DNA from: an uncultured Spirochaetota bacterium
GTDB taxonomy: Bacteria; Spirochaetota; Brevinematia; Brevinematales; JAOACQ01
Direction: 5' to 3'
Assembly (NCBI GenBank): GCA_963768055.1
Contig: CAVYGN010000001.1
Span: 1,344,001-1,408,000, forward strand
DNA: 64,000 nt
The position numbers and the translations under genes were made by a program. Of the stretch, positions 59,337 through 64,000 are shown piece after piece. The notes beneath the pieces are model-generated. The model was given only the letters and a program-made list of their open reading frames with translations, was not told the DNA's origin and made no database searches. Position 1 is the first letter of the stretch. Each line of letters opens with the position of its first letter.

Positions 59337-60379
59337 AAAAGGCTTTGATCACCGGGATAAACGGGCAGGACGGATCGTTCCTTTCAGAATTTTTAATTAA
59401 GCAAAACTATGAAGTGCATGGAATAATCAGGAGGAGTTCGTATTTCAATTTAGGCCGGATCGAGCACCTCTACATTGACGAGCTTATCAAAGATATTCAC
59501 AAGGACAGAAAGCTCAAACTCCATTACGGCGATTTAACCGATTCGAGTAATCTCATACGCCTGATAAAACAGATAGAACCGGATGAAATTTATAATCTTG
59601 CGGCGCAATCGCATGTCAAAGTATCTTTTGAAATGCCGGAGTATACCGCCGAAGTCGACGGTGTCGGCACTCTAAGGCTTCTCGAAGCGGTCAGACTGCT
59701 TGGATTTGAGAAGAAAACCAGGATATATCAGGCCTCGACATCGGAACTTTATGGGCTGGTCCAGGAAACACCCCAGAAAGAAACTACCCCTTTCTATCCG
59801 AGAAGCCCATACGGCGTAGCCAAGCTTTACGGATACTGGATTACGAAGAACTATCGCGAAGCTTACGGATTATATGCCTGCAACGGGATACTTTTTAACC
59901 ATGAATCCGAAAGGAGGGGTGAATCATTCGTGACCAGGAAAATAACGCTGGCAGCGGCCAGGATTTATAAAGGAAAACAGGAAAAGCTTTACCTGGGCAA
60001 TCTTGATGCCAAGCGTGACTGGGGATATGCAAAAGATTACGTGGAATGCATGTGGCTGATGCTGCAGCAGCCCGGTCCCGAAGACTATGTAATAGCTACC
60101 GGAGAAACCCATACGGTAAGAGAATTTGCGGCAAAGGCCTTTCTTGAGGCCGGCATAGAGATCGAATGGAACGGCAGCGGAATTCAAGAGAAGGGCCTGG
60201 ATAAAAAAACCGGTAAAATCCTGATAGAAATAGATCCCCTGTATTTTCGGCCTACCGAAGTTGATCTTCTATTGGGAGATCCGACCAAGGCCAGGGAAAA
60301 ATTAGGATGGAACCCTACCCGTACTTCGTTTAACGATCTTATCAATTTAATGGTCAGATACGATATGGAACATGTTTAA
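59333..60379 (+). CDS. gmd: GDP-mannose 4,6-dehydratase
   Basis: [28 protein letters not shown] and FNHES. Confidence 0.97.
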   Translation: MKKALITGINGQDGSFLSEFLIKQNYEVHGIIRRSSYFNLGRIEHLYIDELIKDIHKDRKLKLHYGDLTDSSNLIRLIKQIEPDEIYNLAAQSHVKVSFEMPEYTAEVDGVGTLRLLEAVRLLGFEKKTRIYQASTSELYGLVQETPQKETTPFYPRSPYGVAKLYGYWITKNYREAYGLYACNGILFNHESERRGESFVTRKITLAAARIYKGKQEKLYLGNLDAKRDWGYAKDYVECMWLMLQQPGPEDYVIATGETHTVREFAAKAFLEAGIEIEWNGSGIQEKGLDKKTGKILIEIDPLYFRPTEVDLLLGDPTKAREKLGWNPTRTSFNDLINLMVRYDMEHV

Positions 60380-62140
60380 ATGGTTGTAACGGCATTAATC
60401 TGGACATATCAATTCATAATAAGCTCCCTGGCGGGATTTATGGTTTTACGCCTGTTCAACCCGTCAGGGGAAAATGAAAACAGGCCGGTTGCTTTACCAA
60501 TCGTAATTTTTATAGGGCTTGCCGTAATCGGCACAATATCGTCATGGCTATCGATTTTAATCAGTATCTCGCTTGCTGCTAATATCGCCATCTGGTTCTT
60601 TTGCCTGGTCTACGCCTTTATCGACAGGAACTTCCTCGGAAAAGTCGTTAAAGAAGCTTTCAATGCATTAAAAGGCCTTCCCCCTATCGTTATTGCATCG
60701 GTAGCAGTCCTGATAATAATGATTCTCATTGAAACAAGCTTTTACATGCCTAAAAATTATGACACCGCCCTTTATCATGCCCAGGCGATACGATGGATAG
60801 AAGGCTTTCCCGCAATACCCGGGCTTGGAAATCTCCATATGAGGTTTGCCTATAACAGCAGCTGGTTCCCCCTCAGCGCCTTTTTTAGTATGAAATTCCT
60901 TTCAGGGATTTCTTTTCATTGCCTTAACGGTTTTATCCTTGTAATTTCAGTTTTGTATTTTTCAGGCGGCAGTTCTCAGCTTATTGCCGGAAAAAACAGC
61001 AGGTCATCATGGCTCTCACTCCTTCTGCTCCCTTTTTCTATTGCGCTATATCTTAATTTTTCATCCTCGCCCGGAACGGATACCCCCGCGACGCTTTTTA
61101 TATGGGTCATATCGGTGCTTTTCCTTGAATATTCCGAGAATCATGAAAAAGCTTCGATATTCCCGATAATCCTTCTTTCCGCATATACGCTTACAGTTAA
61201 ATTGGCGGCCCTTCCGATAGCATTGATTTCCCTGTACTTTATTGTTTTATTTTTCGCCAAAGGGGTCGGCAAAAAGATACCGTTGATATATTGTCTCGCT
61301 TTTATTATTATTTTATTGCCATGGTTTATAAGGAATTATATTATTTCCGGTTACCTGGTATATCCTGTTGTGTCAACGGGTTTTATCCCTTCAGACTGGA
61401 AAATGCCTCCCTCCATTCTGGCGGCAGATACGGCTGGAATAAGGGAATGGTCTTTCACCAGGCCGCCGGGAATGCCACTGTTCATATATTTATATGACTG
61501 GCTCTCCCGCCTGAGACCGGTATTTAAGGCTGTTTTTTTCCCTGCAATATCGGTTTTCGCGATATCAGCCTTTTATATTATCTATCGCTCTATAAAAAAG
61601 CGAGAATGTATTGTAAAATTCAACGGTTTAATGGACCCGGGACTGATTCTCTTATATACCTCTATCGCAGGAGTAATTTTTTTATTTCTCAGCGCACCCG
61701 ATTTCAGATACGGGGCCTCATTTTTTCTTCTTATTCCTCTGTATATCAGCGCAACAGCAATAAAATTATTCTTCCTCGGCAAAAACACGTCATCCCCTGC
61801 TTTTATCGTTCTGCTTTTATTTATCCTGGTTACGCCTTTATATGAGGCTTTTTTATTCAACCGTTATTTTCAACAATCCAGGGATGTCCCCATGTACACA
61901 CCTGAAGAACCGCGGGTATTAACCGGAAGACTTATTCTTCCGGCACCTTATTTTTATAAACCGGAGAATACACTCCCCAATATTTTGAAACCCGATTTCA
62001 TCATATATTCTGTAAAGGGTTGGGAAAGATGCTGGTATTATCCGTTCCCGGCGGTTCCGGTAATTTATAAGGGATTAACAATGCGGGGTAAGGATTTCAG
62101 GGATGGGTTTAAAATAGTTTCCGCTAAGCCGCGCGAATAA
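60380..62140 (+). CDS. Polytopic membrane protein, LIC_10190-like (putative GT-C fold)
   Basis: YDTALYHAQAIRW..PGLGNLH.RFAYNSSWF; RNYIISGYLVYP; APDFRY. Confidence 0.65.
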   Translation: MVVTALIWTYQFIISSLAGFMVLRLFNPSGENENRPVALPIVIFIGLAVIGTISSWLSILISISLAANIAIWFFCLVYAFIDRNFLGKVVKEAFNALKGLPPIVIASVAVLIIMILIETSFYMPKNYDTALYHAQAIRWIEGFPAIPGLGNLHMRFAYNSSWFPLSAFFSMKFLSGISFHCLNGFILVISVLYFSGGSSQLIAGKNSRSSWLSLLLLPFSIALYLNFSSSPGTDTPATLFIWVISVLFLEYSENHEKASIFPIILLSAYTLTVKLAALPIALISLYFIVLFFAKGVGKKIPLIYCLAFIIILLPWFIRNYIISGYLVYPVVSTGFIPSDWKMPPSILAADTAGIREWSFTRPPGMPLFIYLYDWLSRLRPVFKAVFFPAISVFAISAFYIIYRSIKKRECIVKFNGLMDPGLILLYTSIAGVIFLFLSAPDFRYGASFFLLIPLYISATAIKLFFLGKNTSSPAFIVLLLFILVTPLYEAFLFNRYFQQSRDVPMYTPEEPRVLTGRLILPAPYFYKPENTLPNILKPDFIIYSVKGWERCWYYPFPAVPVIYKGLTMRGKDFRDGFKIVSAKPRE

Positions 62141-62168
62141 ACAAGACCTTTGCCACAGCTTCGCGGAA
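62119..62168. repeat. REP-like imperfect inverted repeat (family B, copy 2)
   Basis: TTCCGCTAAGCCGCGCGAA...GCTTCGCGGAA; overlaps the last codons of the upstream CDS. Confidence 0.5.
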
Positions 62169-62264
62169 ATGGTTTATTTAGTTTTTATTGTTTCTTATTT
62201 TTGGATTTTTAAGTATTTTCACATATAATAATTGGATTTATAAAATTAAAGTGAAGGGAATACG

Positions 62265-63326
62265 ATGCAGAAGGGTTCTAAAATATACCTCGCCGGTCAT
62301 ACGGGCCTTGTCGGTTCCGCAATTTTAAGGAAGCTTAAAAAAGAAGGCTTCGATAATTTGATTTACAGAACACTGGAAGAATTGGACCTGACGGAACAGG
62401 CGGCCGTATCATCATTTTTTGAAAAGGAAAAACCCGAATACGTTTTCCTTGCGGCAGCCAAGGTCGGCGGAATATACGCCAATAATATTTATCCTGCAGA
62501 ATTTATCTATCAGAATATAATGATCGAATCGAATGTAATTAATTCATCCTATCTTAACAAGGTCAAAAAGCTTTTGTTCCTGGGGAGTTCCTGCATCTAT
62601 CCCAGGCTTTGTCCCCAGCCGATAAAAGAAGAATATCTGTTGACAGGACTCCTCGAACCTACTAATGAGGCCTATGCGGTAGCTAAAATCGCAGGTCTTG
62701 AAATGTGCAGGTTTTATAAAAGACAGTACGGGGCACATTTTATTTCAGCCATGCCTACCAATCTTTATGGATATAATGACAATTTCGACCTTGAGAAATC
62801 CCACGTTCTTCCCGCGATCATTCGCAAAATGCACCTGGGGAAATCTCTCGCATGCGGCGATTGGGATGGGATAAGGAATGATTTCAACAGCAAACCTATC
62901 GAAGGTGTGGACGGAAACGCCGTCAATGACAAAATCCTTGAAAAACTTTTAAAATACGGCATCAGGAAAACTTCTTCAACCGTTGAAATAACACTCTGGG
63001 GTACGGGGAAACAAAAACGCGAATTTCTTTTCATAGACGACCTCGCCGAAGCCTTATTTTATCTAATGGAAAATTATGAAGATGAAACGCATATTAATAT
63101 CGGGACCGGTGAAGATATCGAGATAGCGGAAATAGCAAAACTTATAGCCGGAATTGTAGGTTTTAAAGGCAATATCATTTATGATCTGACAAAACCGGAT
63201 GGAACGCCCCAGAAGCTGCTCGATGTCAGCCTTCTGCATAAATCCGGATGGAAGCACAGGATTACGCTGGAAGAAGGGATCAAATTGACATATGACTGGT
63301 ATATAAAAAATAATAAATCTCATTAA
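62265..63326 (+). CDS. fcl: GDP-L-fucose synthase
   Basis: AGHTGLVGSA, LAAAKVGGI, LGSSCIYP, MPTNLYG and KPDGTP. Confidence 0.96.
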   Translation: MQKGSKIYLAGHTGLVGSAILRKLKKEGFDNLIYRTLEELDLTEQAAVSSFFEKEKPEYVFLAAAKVGGIYANNIYPAEFIYQNIMIESNVINSSYLNKVKKLLFLGSSCIYPRLCPQPIKEEYLLTGLLEPTNEAYAVAKIAGLEMCRFYKRQYGAHFISAMPTNLYGYNDNFDLEKSHVLPAIIRKMHLGKSLACGDWDGIRNDFNSKPIEGVDGNAVNDKILEKLLKYGIRKTSSTVEITLWGTGKQKREFLFIDDLAEALFYLMENYEDETHINIGTGEDIEIAEIAKLIAGIVGFKGNIIYDLTKPDGTPQKLLDVSLLHKSGWKHRITLEEGIKLTYDWYIKNNKSH

Positions 63327-63340
63327 ATTCAGGATAATTC

Positions 63341-63928
63341 ATGTATTATTCCATTTCGGGCAGGGTAGCTTTTAAGGATGACAACACCGTTGTTGTAGAA
63401 ACAGGCGGCGTAGGTTATGAAATTTTAGTTCCTCGTACCGTATCAAGAAAACTGCCTGAACCGGGCGGGAATGCTATCCTTTATACCCGATTGATTGTGC
63501 GTGAAAACGAAATATACCTTGTCGGTTTTACTGCCCTTGAGGACAGGCGGCTTTTTGAAAGCTTGCTTACAGTATCAGGAATTGGGCCCAGGCACGGCCT
63601 GAAAATACTTTCGGATCTTTCATCTGCCGAAATACGCAATGCCATAATATCAGGAAGTGAAACGGAGCTTTCAAAAATAAAAGGGATCGGAGCAAAAACC
63701 GCTTCCCGGATCATACTCGAACTTAAGGACAAGATAAAAAAACTTCAGGCGGGGGAGGGGGAAATCGCAGTATCCGACAGAAAAAAAACCGAGGTCCTTA
63801 TGGCGCTGCGCGTACTTGGTTATACTGATTACGAATCCAGGCGCGCTCTTGATACAGCGTTCGGAAATCCGGTTATCGGTAATATGGAAGTCGAGGATAT
63901 AATTAAAAGCATACTTTCCAATATGTGA
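63341..63928 (+). CDS. ruvA: Holliday junction DNA-binding protein RuvA
   Basis: GGVGYEI, LLTVSGIGP, IKGIGAKTASRIILELK and ALRVLGY. Confidence 0.95.
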   Translation: MYYSISGRVAFKDDNTVVVETGGVGYEILVPRTVSRKLPEPGGNAILYTRLIVRENEIYLVGFTALEDRRLFESLLTVSGIGPRHGLKILSDLSSAEIRNAIISGSETELSKIKGIGAKTASRIILELKDKIKKLQAGEGEIAVSDRKKTEVLMALRVLGYTDYESRRALDTAFGNPVIGNMEVEDIIKSILSNM

Positions 63929-64000
63929 AAATTTTATTACCACCCTGTCAGCTTTTTAATCAGGCTCTTAAATGCAAGGAAAAAATCCTTAGGCGTTTTA

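Overview
This is a 64-kb stretch of bacterial chromosome, probably from a spirochete. That placement is an inference from rplU-prp-rpmA, a stand-alone flgI and Leptospira-like hypothetical proteins. (1) 1-11 kb is mostly signalling. It holds a SiaB/SiaC-like pair, a PhcB-like SAM methyltransferase translationally coupled to a membrane SpoIIE/PP2C phosphatase, a TPR lipoprotein plus adenylate/guanylate cyclase, a copA/copZ relic, a histidine kinase and pit/DUF47. (2) 11.2-25.9 kb is polysaccharide utilisation: GH10, GH12, GH1, CBM4 lipoproteins, ABC permeases and a LacI-PAS-LuxR regulator. Most of it lies in a 13-kb island bounded by a 28-bp direct repeat of the 3' end of tRNA-Arg(CCT), and it carries a candidate operator repeated three times. 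(3) 28-39.5 kb is an AT-rich nested mobile region. A small cassette bounded by inverted repeats is split by an ~10.9-kb integrative element. The element has a tyrosine integrase, Xis, a gene II/X-type Rep, two TerS-like paralogues and PLD-nuclease cargo, with visible core and arm att sites. It has itself been hit by two near-identical IS3-family copies. (4) 39.5-64 kb is housekeeping (queD, dnaE, ruvB, rpsT, HU/IHF, mltG, dksA-like, rpmA-prp-rplU, flgI, glyS, plsY, gatA, gmd, fcl, ruvA) with MITE/REP-like repeats. It also has an orphan sigma54 promoter with an NtrC-type enhancer that appears to drive an unannotated small RNA with a C-rich loop at ~53.15-53.22 kb. All family calls come from motif recognition by eye; no searches were run.
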